Shown: one piece after another, positions 29,701-41,344 of the stretch
Layout of the letters: each line of letters starts with the position of its first letter
Position numbering within the stretch: position 1 is the stretch's first letter
NCBI GenBank assembly: GCA_002269645.1
Contig: NIVC01000152.1
Location: 868,001-932,000, forward strand
DNA: 64,000 nucleotides
Direction of reading: 5' to 3'
Origin: Macrostomum lignano
Taxonomy: Eukaryota
Translations under genes and position numbers: made by a program
Notes under the pieces: model-generated
Told to the model about the DNA's origin: nothing
The model's database searches: none
What the model saw: only the letters and a program-made list of their open reading frames with translations

Positions 29701-30785
29701 GCCGCGCCAGACGTTGCGTTGTCGGAGCTCAGTCTTGGCGGTCGTCGATTTCCGCGAAATGCCGGATTAGCAAAACTTATGAATGCGCCACCGCCGCCGC
29801 CGCCGCCGCCTCGGCTGTCATCCGAAGCGGAGAGATTTTGACGCTCGGGAATTCGGCTCTGACGCTGCGGCTGCTGCTGCCGACTGCCGGCGCGCTGAGG
29901 ATTCAACGGCGTCCGATAATTGTTGGCCACCAGCAGCTCCGCCGGGTAGCCGCCGCCCGACAGCGACGACTGGCGGCCCAAAGCCGCGATGGCCCGGCTG
30001 ACTGGCTCCGCGTTCACCGGCAACTCGACCGCCGCAGAACCGCCGACATCGGTCGCCACCTCGGACCAGTCGGCGACCGCGGCGCCGGCGAGTCTCCTGG
30101 CGGCGTCTTCGCAAGCGTCCAGTCGGCGACGGAGTTCTTCCACTGGCGCTCCCGGCGGCGGCAGCGACTCGCAGCAGCTGCTGGCGCTGGCCGCCTCCAC
30201 CTCCAGCGAGTCCAGCGCGGCGTAGAGGGACTCCAGCCGGCTTGCCGAGGCCGCCGCGATGTCGGCCAGCAGCTGCGCTCGTCGCTCCGCCAGCTGCTCG
30301 GCGAGTGAGTCTACAGCGGCAGCCAGCCGGGCGCTCTGTCTGGCCGAGGAGGCCTCGATATCGGCGGCCACGGAGCGAAGGCGGGCGGCCTCGGAAAGCA
30401 GGGCGGGCACGGCGGCGCTCAGCCGACTAGCCGATGCGTCGAGACGACGTCTCAGTTCCACCTCCGACTCTGGTGACTCAGTCGAGCTTTCAGCTACTTG
30501 ACGTCGATTCGATTGCGACTGCGACGGAGGCGTCTGCTGATGTTGCTGCTGCTGCACGCCAAGCAGTGCCGTGACTGTGAGGTTCCGAGGCAAATTTTCC
30601 GGGCCTCGGGCAGCCCGGCTGAGCTCGCGGCACAGCGGGCATCGGATTGTCCGCACTGACTCGTCGTAGATGTTCACCAGACAGGGCCGCAGACAGAAGG
30701 TGTGCTGGCAGGGCAGCAGCCGGGGGTCGGTGAAGCGACTCAAGCACACAGGACAGGTGAGCACATCCTCTACAGTCGTGCCCAT
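23754..30785 (-). CDS. RING finger / coiled-coil / 6x NHL-repeat protein (TRIM-NHL, NHL-1/abba-like), 766 aa
   Basis: complement(join(23754..24047,25930..26202,28909..29274,29418..30785)), all introns GT-AG phase 0. N-terminal C3HC4 RING (CPVC..LPCQHTFCLRPC..CPLC), Ala/Leu/Glu-rich helical region, Q18 tract, six NHL blades (e.g. FGAEGSGPGQFRYPWGAAV..YVADKKNHRVQVF). The ORF track starts at a TTG. The first ATG is 30785. Confidence 0.93.
24233..25635. repeat. Intronic minisatellite, 26-28 bp unit ggg(cc)atatctctattgattgggggaca
   Basis: ~50 copies in NHL gene intron 3 (24048-25929). Confidence 0.97.
26282..26332. other. Hairpin module ggtgtctcg..attgaccgaggcgaagccgaggtcaat..cgagacacc
   Basis: Nested inverted repeats read directly. 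The ccgaggcgaagccgagg core resembles, from recollection, ends of invertebrate non-autonomous Crypton-type elements. Confidence 0.5.
26850..27100 (-). pseudogene. IS630/Tc1-like transposase N-terminal HTH fragment, frameshifted
   Basis: DRQQLTDAIEQGSAIAGAARILQIK, then a frameshift, then KTSAFRIAANFRLDGRVESLPRGGRK...EMREFLVEKLDENPFLTLKEF. This is the typical paired-like HTH plus RGG linker. No DDE domain is visible. Confidence 0.65.
27650..28145 (+). mobile_element. Internally deleted Crypton (tyrosine-recombinase transposon) ORF
   Basis: N-terminal part (IPKSILANYLRFFYSTLRTKDERPCSRSS, 27650-28045) resembles the Crypton/DUF3504-associated N-domain. It abuts, in another frame, a C-terminal tail (SVNFSGTFQNCTFDFHGLKD*, to 28145) of the type ending Crypton proteins. 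The catalytic core is absent. Flanked by inner IRs 27408-27444 / 28296-28346. Confidence 0.65.
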
Positions 30786-31559
30786 TGCTTCTGGTATCAA
30801 GCTGCGATGGCTTTCACATATAGGAACTAATATTTAGTTGTAGCGGCTTGGCCTCCCATATTTTTGATGCGCAGCGTCTCACCCTTCTGTCCTGAGCAGT
30901 AACAGCAGTGTTTTCCCAGGTAAATTGTTGCAGGGGTAAAACTTTCTACTATGCAGCCTATATGCTCACAGTGCAGCCACTGCAGTTCAGAGCAGACAAT
31001 TTTTAGAAGCACGCGAGCGCGGGGGTAAGAGAAGCCGTAAGACTGCAAGTACGGAAACGCGAGTACAGGCGCGCGACTTCAGAAGGAGTCTCGCATGCAC
31101 TTCCCTGCCCCAATTGCATGGATTCACACCCGCCTCTGCAGAGCCCAACCCCATGGATACTGAGCGCCGTTGTACACTTCGCGTCATTGGCAACCTGGGG
31201 TGGCCAAACTGAGGGTTAGAGTTACTCTTAATCTGCCTTGTCCAATGTATACTGAGAAATTAAAACGTATGAAAAAAAACGGTAAAATATACGTGTCGTG
31301 CGATTTGACAGCTTAATGACGGTGTAGACGAGTCTTTATCACAGAATCGAAACAGCGATTTTTTATTGGAAGGCAATAGTGAGTACAGAATTATTAGAAG
31401 ATGTACATGTACCTCATCTCTACGCCTCCTAATGGTCAGTTCATGGTACCGCGCTATAAATAGCTAGTTCAAATCAATGTTTGCAATGTTCAGATCCGTT
31501 TTAAATTTGATTTGAACAATGAGGAAGTGCAGAAGGCACGTAGCTTCCTTGTCAGCGCA

Positions 31560-31850
31560 GTTGGGGTTAGCGCCCCTTAACAGCTGGTGCTGGTGCCAGC
31601 GCCCATTGTCAGCTGGTGCTTGCGACCCATTATCAGCTGCAGGGGTGCCAGCGCCCCTTATCAGCTGGTGCTGGCGGCCCTTTATCAGCAGGTGCTGGCG
31701 GCCCCTTATCAGCTGGTGTCAGCGCCCTTTATCAGCTGGTGTCAGCGCCCTTTATCAGCTAGTGTCAGCGCCCTTTATCAGCTGGTGTCAGCGCCCCTTA
31801 TCATCAGCTGGTCTCAGCGCCCCTTATCAGCTGGTGCTGGCGACCCCGCG
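31560..31850. repeat. Minisatellite, ~22-23 bp unit cagcgccctttatcagctggtgt
   Basis: ~12 copies between the NHL gene 5-prime end and the NKIRAS 3-prime end. Confidence 0.9.
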
Positions 31851-32544
31851 ATGCGTCCCCTAGGTTCCCAATCAATAATCTAGGCTACAAATCAGACTCT
31901 TATCTGTTAATTTAAGAACGAAAAACTTTCTTTTTCCCCGATCCCATTAGAGCAGGATCATCCCACAGGTGCCGGGTGAGGACATACATGTACAACGATG
32001 GTATTCTATAATCATTGCCGCTCTGATATCACGTTACTAACTACGGCCAACTCTACTTAACTTACAACGCCAGCTAATAAGAGCTATGATTGGACAATCA
32101 TAAACATAGTCTAGCATACCCATTTGTTAACATAATACATGTACCTATCTGGAATATAAGAACATTGTGAATATAAGTACATCCTGAATTTGGACCCTGT
32201 TCCGCTTAGTAGGGGTGGTGCAAATGTGCAGATGACACTTAAGCCAAGGCATGCGAGTCCATTATATTTCAAGTTTAAAGCTGCATTAAATGTGATTCAG
32301 TAATAACAGTTGCGATCAGGAAGAAGCATTAGCATAGGCAATTACAATGATAGGATTGGATAATATTACACTTTAACTGTAGGATGTATGCAGTGAAAGA
32401 CCGTGAAAATTAGGCTGCTTCAAAACAGTTTGCATATCTTTGCGATTACTAATTAATTGCGAAAGCAATACTCAACATGCATGTACTAGAAACACTACTC
32501 AGTTGAACGTGTCTTGATAAATTAAATAATGCTTTTTTGATCAA

Positions 32545-33896
32545 TCATTTAGGATCTTTCTTGACGAATGGAAATCCCGATTTACTTGGCGGCGTAGTAA
32601 TCTTGGTTGTTATGGCAACGAATGCATCGATTAATGATTGGCGATCCTGAACGGTGACTGAGAAGTGCCGGAATACTGCAAAGGTTAAATCAATGAGTAT
32701 ATAATGCATTAGTATATGTATGGTACATCATGGCAACAGGGGGAGGTGGGGGTTGGCCCTAATGCGCGAGAATAGCACGAAAAGCCTAGGCCAATTGTCA
32801 TACACGAGCCACAAAAATAATCGAAACTGCATGACTACATTAAAATTAAAATCATGCTAGACTACTGATATGAGTACCCACTTCTCTCCTTGTTGACGAA
32901 CTTGGCCGCCAGTTCGCTGGTCCGACTACTAGCGTCCAGATCTTTTTTGTTGCCAAGCAACAGAAACAATAGCACATCTTTGCGATCTTTATTCTTCTCA
33001 ATTTCGCGTTTCACAGCGTCCAGGTATGAAAGGGAGCCGAGGTCTGTTGTGTCGTACACTAGCACGAATGCCTGCGCAAGGAAAGGTAAATTATTGATAA
33101 CTTGCCTGCAACAAACTTACTTTGCTTTGTTCTTGGCAACGGGTTTTGCGCACCCTGGCGCACTTTAAGCGACATTGTCACACAATCAGCGAGAGGCATT
33201 GCTGCCCATACGTACGCAGTCATACGCACAGGTACACACTCACACAGGGGTGTACAGCGGCACTAGCTTGAGATTACTCATCGTCAGCCATGTACACTTC
33301 ACTGTGCCTTGGGGATTGGCCCTCAAGGGCTTTAATGGACGAGCGAGATTTCAATTTAACCCCAGATTAATTTGACTGCACTTGGAATCGAGCCTGGGCC
33401 ACTGGTTCATAAAAGCGCTATGCTAGACCTTGTACTTACATCTGCTCCAACAACAAAGTGCTTTGGTATGCTGACTGACTTGATGTCCTAAAAAATGAAA
33501 GAGGCTTATTTGAACAATCAGTTTAACTGCACTATTCACAAAGGTAGATGGCTTGCTCAAATGCAATTCAAAACTCACTGATGAGCCACCGATCTCATAA
33601 AAGCGAACTTTCTCCTTGACGCCTCGCTCTGACTCAATGTGAGCAACATAGGTATCTTCAATAGTATGAGGGAATTGTGGCTGAAAAGAAAACAACAAAG
33701 ATACAAAGCAAATTTTTGCTGTGCGATTTGATAAGGACAACAATAAATGAAATAAGTAGAAATTATTAATAAAAGCTTTTTAACTCACCTTTGAAGACGT
33801 CGAATTTGAATAGTTGCAATAAATTAACTGTTCAAGGATTGATGTCTTGCCACAACCCTTGCTGCCACAAACAACCAGTTTAAGTGTTTTGCCCAT
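32545..33896 (-). CDS. NKIRAS: NF-kappaB inhibitor-interacting Ras-like GTPase (kappaB-Ras), 192 aa
   Basis: complement(join(32545..32675,32882..33071,33440..33487,33579..33680,33789..33896)), all GT-AG. MGKTLKLVVCGSKGCGKTSILEQLIY, TIEDTY..ESERGVKEKVRFYE, LLGNKKD, SVTVQDRQSLIDAF..TPPSKSGFP. No CAAX box, as typical for kappaB-Ras. Confidence 0.93.
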
Positions 33897-35390
33897 TGCT
33901 CAACATGCAAGTATTAAAGATTTATTAGTAAGTGTGGTAAACACCAATGAAATTAATATTATGCCATGGTCTATTGACTATATAAATGAAATGGGAAAAA
34001 GTTAATTAATGTACTAGGTACATAATATTGCTTATCAATTAAAGGTAAGCATTGCTAGCTCTATTTTAAATCAAAGTAAAGTAACCCAAAGCATTATATA
34101 TTATATTGTATATAAAAAACAAAAGATTATATATAGAGTCCCAATGAGCCTAGCTTTTTCAAGTCAAGGTCAAGTCAGTAGTGCAGCTAGGGGGGGGGGG
34201 TAGGGGCCTAGGGCTCTTCAAAATTCTAGAAAAAATTACTCCCCCCTGAAATTCTAGAAAACCCCCCTTTATACCTTTTGTTCCAAGTGCTAAATAGGTA
34301 CCCACCCCTCAAAAATTTCTAGCAATGCCACTAGCTCAAGTTGAATAGTATGAATATCTGCCTAAATAAAATTAAAGGCACCTTACTTTTGAAAATTGTT
34401 CAAGTATTGTAACAGAAAAGTTACAAAACTTTTTGTACTTTATATTTAATATTTTTTATTGCATTTTGCCTATGAGGCACTGTGATGAGACCTGGTTTTA
34501 CTTAAAATTTCTATGTCCAATATGTCATTTTAGCTTTTTTATTAATTATTTATTGATAAAAATATTTAACATAGACATTATAGCCAAAACCTTTGCAACA
34601 ATGCCTATGAAACTTCATCTTAGGCCTAAAGCATATAAGGACCTAAAAATCTTATTAATATTATTTCTAGGGCCTAGTATATTTCTCAAAACTATACTAT
34701 ATTTATCCTATAAATAGGGTCATAAATAAATCATATTATATATTATAAAGTTCTATTATAACCAAAGGGCCTATCAACTTAAGCTCAAAGTTGAGCCTAA
34801 GTAACATGTATACACAAATGATATGTCATTCTGCTTGTTGTGACACTTGGAAGCTGGGTTTGGCAAAAGCGATAAAAAACCAGACTTGAAATAGGGGAGA
34901 AAATTATCAATATTTAGGAATAGTTGATGATTAATGACTATTATATTGACTTTAGCTCATAGTAGAGTCCCTAATTATTTCCTTAGTTATTATCCCACAT
35001 TCCAAGTCCAATTTTATCGCTTTTTTGCCAAACCCAGCTTTTTCGTGTCATTATGAGCAGAATGATATCGTATATAGCCATATCTCAATTTTTTATTATA
35101 GGCCTAGCTATCTATCTATATCCATTCCATATCCATAGCTTATAAACTCCCTATAAATTCTTACAACTTTCTTGCAAGAGTCAAGAAAAATAAGTAGAAT
35201 TCTTAATATAGGTGTAGGACCAAGACTGCCATATACCAATACCATCATACTTAGGGGAGCAGGAGCTAAGCGAGAAATTTGGCTCAATGTGATTATTAGA
35301 TGGTGCTAATGAGAAGATGAATGGGTAGGAGAGCTAGCAAGACAAGGCTGCGAGAAAAGAACCTATGAGAGGATTAGCAATGCTAAAAGA

Positions 35391-37421
35391 CCATAGTGCA
35401 GAAGGACGGGTGTACGACGGAAATTTCCGTCGTACATTGAGGTTGGTTGTCGTACATGTCGTACATCGTTCATTTTTGCAAGGGCTCTTTGTCGTACATG
35501 TCGTACCGTCGTTGGCCACACTGTCACTGTCGTACATCTCTGACTAGAAAGCTATATGCATAGGGCGAAATCCAAAAACGTGGGATAAAACGGTAAAACA
35601 AATCTGCGGACATTCGATGGAAAGTAATGTATCTAAAAAAGGTTTTTGAAAGATAGATAGGTCTTTAGAAAATAGTTCTGGATAAAAACTATTGTTTTCA
35701 TGCTTTATATTGTTGAATAAACAAGAAAAAACCACAAAAAAGCATTTTGAAAGTCCGAGTTGACCGATTTGCAATTTTTTGTTTCACTTTTTTTCATTAT
35801 TAAACAATTAATTTTAAGACTTGTAGGCCTTAGAGAAGGCTAATTTTTTTACTACTTACAAAACAGAAAGTAATCTGTGTTTTACTTTTTATTCAATTCA
35901 AAAAGATGAAGTATTTCTAAGGATTTTAAAGTTTTTCTAAAACCATATAAACTCGCAAAAATTCATACTAATATAAAGTGCAAAGTTTGCCAGCAAACAT
36001 CTTTTTCTAAAAGTAAATATATCGCTAATTCCTTGTTGCAAAATAATCTTTAAGTTGTTTTCTTTCATTTAAATATCAACTTGCATAGCATTAGTATTTG
36101 TAATATGCCTATATTTAGACTTAAAAATTTTGGGTAAAAAATGGTACCACAAAATGTGAACCCGGCATCCAAATCAGATGCTTACTGTATGCTCATTAAG
36201 CGACGAAGAACAATGAAATTACACTAAAACATGTATCATCGCGGCGTGTATGCAGGAAAAAAAGAATTTTCCAAATCGCTTCAGTAGAAGCTGAGTAAAA
36301 TGCAATTTTCCAATCCTTATGGGAATTCCAATGTGTTAGCCGGCTTCCAAATCAGATGCTTACTGTATGCTTATTAAGCGACGAAGAACAATGAAATTAC
36401 ACTAAAACATGTATCATCGCGGCGTGTATGCAGGAAAAAAAGAATTTTCCAAATCGCTTCAGTAGAAGCTGAGTAAAATTCAATTTTCCGACCCTTACGG
36501 GAATTTGTATGTTTAAATAATAAACTTACGTTGAATACAATTTATTGCAAACGAACTCTACAAAATACACGTTGTCAAGAGTAACGAAAGTGATAAACAA
36601 ATAAAACCTTAAAATAATGTTAAATATGTTGTAGAATTATAGAGTGTAACATTATAATATAGTTAAAGTTAATAAAATACATTATTATAGCTTTTCAATC
36701 ATTTTCATTAGACTCATTTTAGGTCGTAATTAAACTTACCGTTTTAACAAATCATTTTATTAAAAATAAAGCTATACGAAAATAATTTGTGCTTTAATAG
36801 ACTTTTTTACTTTTTAAAAACTTGAATAAATTTATTTTATAGCTTTATTGCTTTCAAATTGCCAAAAAACGAATTTTCATAAAACTTGCCCCCGATTTTT
36901 GGATTTCCCCATAGGCATTTAAAAATACAATTTCGTTTTCATAATTAAATTAAATTTATTCAAAGTGCTTTTTACGAGGCACAAATAAAATATAATCTTG
37001 GCATACTTAATAATGATTTTTTATTATGTGGCACCAAATTTTACATTTTTATATTCAAGGCCACACAAATGTGCATCCGTTGTTTTAATCTTAACCTTGT
37101 TTATTTCTTTTTTGAAATGCGTATCGTTACCATTCATCGGCCGTCGGAAGCAGAAGCCCAAAGACGGCGACAATAATGCCAATTGATAAATTCATTTAAT
37201 TGAATCATTCATAATTAATATTACTTCAATTACTTGTAAACTTGTTATTACCACTTACAACTTATTATTACTCTTTGTCTGGGTCGGGAGTATGTGGGTT
37301 TCTGCATTGTAGTTTGTCGTACAAAAAAAAATTACTTAGTTCACTTGTGTCGTACTGTCGTACAGCAGGCTAAAACTGAAATTTGCCTTCCGTCGTACAC
37401 AGAAATCCTTCTGCACCATGG
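35391..37421. mobile_element. Non-autonomous TIR element, TIR cca(t/c)agtgcagaagga, 5-bp flank aaaga
   Basis: ccatagtgcagaagga at 35391 and tccttctgcaccatgg ending 37421. Subterminal gtacgac/gtcgtac arrays. aaaga at 35386-35390 and 37422-37426. Superfamily unresolved. Confidence 0.7.
36163..36490. repeat. Tandem duplication, period 178 bp
   Basis: aaatcagatgcttactgtatg...gctgagtaaaa recurs at 36171 and 36349. Confidence 0.9.
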
Positions 37422-37581
37422 AAAGATTGGTAGCTCCCCCGCAATACCTACCAGTAGCTAGTAATAGCTAAGGTGTTCTTAGTGTATGGCAGTCTTAGTC
37501 ATGCACCTAATAATGGTTTCTAGTTGTAATTGTTTTATGCCATAAATAAATACTGAAAATTGAAACCCTACTGGTACTAGG

Positions 37582-37768
37582 CAGGGACTACTCAAACACC
37601 GGGATGGGAAACTTAGAAACTAGGATTTTTTACGAGGCTGGTCTATCATCAGCAGTAGAAAATAACCATAGACAACAAAGTAACACAGCATCTCTCTAAT
37701 GAAAATAATTGCCAGCCAGCCTCGTAAAAAAATTTTATTTTCCCATCCCGGTGTTTAAGTAGTCCCTG
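37582..37768. mobile_element. hAT MITE, 187 bp, 8-bp TSD gtactagg
   Basis: cagggactact.aaacaccgggatgggaaa TIRs. Exact TSD at 37574-37581 and 37769-37776. Confidence 0.9.
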
Positions 37769-38024
37769 GTACTAGGCCTAACATAGGCCAAAGAAAAGCC
37801 ATTAGCAGGATATAATATTATAAACATAAAATAACAATAGAATAAAAGTAAAATATTAAATTAAATTCATTTATCATATTTAAAATGCTTAGGCCTTAGC
37901 AACATAAAAATAATCTTAATAATATAAGGTCTTTAAAATGAAATAAAATAAAGTACAAGAATCTAAAATAAAAAATGTATGCTATTTCAGAAAAGTGAAA
38001 ACATTGCTATTTTGGGGTTTGGGT

Positions 38025-38623
38025 CCATAGTCAGGAAGGTGGCAGTTTGGTCGGAAAATTCCGGCGCACACAAGCCCTTTTTGGGCACACAACGGCGCAC
38101 AACGGCGCACAGCGGCGCGCCACAACAGCGCACAGCGGCGCACTGGCGCACAGCGGCGCACAACGGCGCACACCAGAGGACACCGGCGCATGGCGGCGCG
38201 GCGCGGCGGGCGCCGCGCCACATGCAGCGTTACCCTTGTGGCGATCCCATGTAACGATGTAAGTCGTTACTTGTTACAGTACACTATTCACTGTTCTGTC
38301 TAATGTAACACTGCATTCTACCAAAAAATAAAAAATAAAATAAAATATTTTCCTTTTCCTTTTTACCTTTGTTTTTGCCATTTGCTTACTTTTTATGTTT
38401 GTTTTGTTTTAAAAATTAGAAATTAAATTAAAAATTTTTTAAATTTCTATTTTCGGTTTAACGATCTCAATTTCTCAAAAAAAAGGTATTTTATTGTCGC
38501 AAGGCAGGTAGTGGCGGGCGCACAACGGCGCACACGAGAGTTTTTGTGTCGGCGCACGGCGCACAATTTTGGGAGAGGCCAAAATTTGTTCCGGCGCACA
38601 CTCTGCCACCTTCCTGACTATGG
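38025..38623. mobile_element. MITE, 21-bp TIR ccatagtcaggaaggtggcag, 8-bp TSD gtttgggt
   Basis: Exact TSD at 38017-38024 and 38624-38631. Internal ggcgcac repeats. Confidence 0.88.
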
Positions 38624-41344
38624 GTTTGGGTTTGTTATTAATGGTAATAACAATATACCATGATAACAGCAATATAATAGTATAGATAGCAATAACAGTA
38701 ACCAAAATAAATCTTAAAAAAGCAACCTTTCATTTAACACAAGTATATGATAATTTGCTTATTTATTTCACAATTAATTGCAGGTACGGGAAAGATTTTG
38801 AACCTTAATTTGCAAAAATTAAACATTTTGTGTATCCATCGAGTATTTTTCCTAACTCAAAATTTTACGTTACTTTGAGGATTCAAAAAGATTTACTTTT
38901 ACATGCCACAATACAACAGCCAAATTTCCTTAAGGATATACTTTTTCAAAGAAATTTTGTTTGAACAAGAGTTTCTGAGAAGCTATTGCTACTTAAATAT
39001 ACGTTTTACCTACTTCTTCGAGTTTGCTTTGCTTACTAGACTCGAGTTTGCTAGACGAATACGAATACGTTTGTTTTGCTGGATTTTACATTAATTTATC
39101 TAACTAAAAATGGTCTTTTTATCTGAAAGCATGCGTTGCAGCAAACAATAATGAGATAACAAAACTTACCTGCTTTATTTTATTTAATCATTAGCCTAGA
39201 ATCTATCAAAGATCTATTTCATTCAAGATCCAATGGCTTTGTAATTCCTAAGATAAGATAGTCAATATATAGTAATAGTATTAGGCCTGGCTAGTATCTT
39301 GGCTAGGGCTGCTAGGCGAATGCATGCATACCATTCCTATTTAAAAATTGACTCCTTGAAATCATGCATGTGTCAAAACTATGCAAGGCAGCAAGTCCAA
39401 TGAATACAAAATCTACTACTTAAAATTTCTACTAGTAGTTCCTCTTAGTTTTATTTTTATTGTTATTTTTAATATACTATATTAGTATTTAAATATTTTG
39501 AATATTTGAATATATTCTTATTATTGAGATAGGCCTTATTTAGCATCACTCGTTTTCTTAGAAAGTATTGTATTTGAAACTATGCTATTTTTGTTTTAAT
39601 GAGTATAATATCAGTAATATTGTAAATATTATAAATATTATGAAATTTTATTTGTTTAAAACTGAGCTGAGAAAAGGGTATAAATACATAAGCAGAATCA
39701 AAAGGAAAAATAGGAAACCAACTTATCTGCCACTTGTTTCAAGCTTGAAATTGTTCTAGTATCTTGAAATTGAAGCCTTGTTCAATACTTACTGACTTAG
39801 TTATTTAGGTAGAAGCATTAAGAAGCCCCAAAATTGGGAAAGTTCAAACCATTCTTAGAAGAACAAGAAATCTAGATCTAGCTAGAATCTGAAAAGTCGC
39901 TTTAAGAAAGGCAAGAATCCTACCACAAGGTAGAGAAGTCCAGACTCAGAGTCTAAGAAACTCGCCTCAGGGTAGAATACCCAGCAAGTGACCCTCTGAT
40001 CCTGGGAACACCCAGGACTAAGAGAATAAAATCTGTAGAGGAATATAATGATAGAATAGATAGTGCCTAAAGACTGCTTAGGCCAGAAAGGACAATAGAA
40101 GTATATATGCTACCAATAGAAGTATATACACTACCAATAGAAGTACATGCGCTACTAGTGGAAAGGCAATTAATAACCAATAAGATCATTAAGAAGAAGT
40201 AACCCCTATTACAGCTAGTAGCATTGTGAGATTATTTATAAAGACAAAAGTAATCCCTATGTCAACTTTGGTGGCAGTGGTGAGATTTTGTATTATACAG
40301 GAACACCGCTACATCATTATATATTTGAATAATAATATTTTGAATAAATAATAATATAAATAATAATAAAAAATAATAAATATTCCACTTATGATCTAAG
40401 TTATCTGCCATTTTTACTTATTTTTTTCTTTTCACTGGGGTCTTGGATAAGATAATTCCCTGGAGAATTGACATCTATTCCCTTCCTAGGCCTATAAATC
40501 ATTTGACATTAGAGACATTTTAAAACTCTTGCCTTACTTTATCTATTAGGCCAACTTTATATATGACATGACACAAAATATTAGGAGCATGAGCATCAGC
40601 GTTAATAATGCCTTGGAAGTCTTTAAATGATCAATACAACACTAGGTATTATAAAATTTCAACTCTAAAGCTCACTGGGGCGAAGACTGTCTTCATTAAC
40701 TAGTATAGTAGTTGTAATATCACTTGGCTAGGGCCTATTAATAGGAATTAATAAACGTGCCTACTAGCCTATATATTAATAGTAATAAATGCATGCTTAG
40801 CCCAAATTAATTGGCACAAAGACTGAAAAATATTTTAAGTTTTTGTTCCCAAAAAGCCGAGACCCTAGGATATACCATGCTCACCAATTTTAGCATCAAT
40901 TTTACACCTCTATTAGCTTCTATTATGGGGGTTGGTTTTCGCTACTCTGTATTGGCCGATGACAAGGTCATTTGTATACAGTCTAGGGTCGTCCTCCATT
41001 TATATTTAGCTCACTGGTATCGAAATAGAAAGCATGAGGGGGTATCCTACTAACTGATAGAATGCGCGTTCACGAGCATCAATCAAAGCCAATTCTTCAT
41101 TCATTCAATCTATGGTTAGCCAAGTTGGTTAGCTATGTTCTCTTGTTTGCGAGTTTAGATCATTTCGCGTATTCGCCCAGTCTGTCCGCTTCGTTTGATG
41201 ATTGTTTCTGGAATCCTGGATTATGATAAACTGTGATTGAACTTGTGATTGAACTGGAATATAGTGCGACAAGTGATTTATACTTGATTGATTCATTGAT
41301 GTTTGATTGATTCATTCATTCAATAAAAACCATACTACCAAAAG

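Noticed and set aside
29423-30747. Multiple overlapping antisense and alternative-frame ORFs
   Set aside because: Shadows of the GC-rich NHL exon 1.
23754-30785. Bacterial origin of the GC-rich NHL gene
   Set aside because: It has canonical spliceosomal introns, a eukaryotic RING and polyQ. High exon GC is shared with the PBX and NELF-E exons.
33072-33439. Possible intronic snoRNA in NKIRAS intron 3
   Set aside because: GC-richer than neighbouring introns, but I found no convincing C/D or H/ACA box arrangement with terminal stems.
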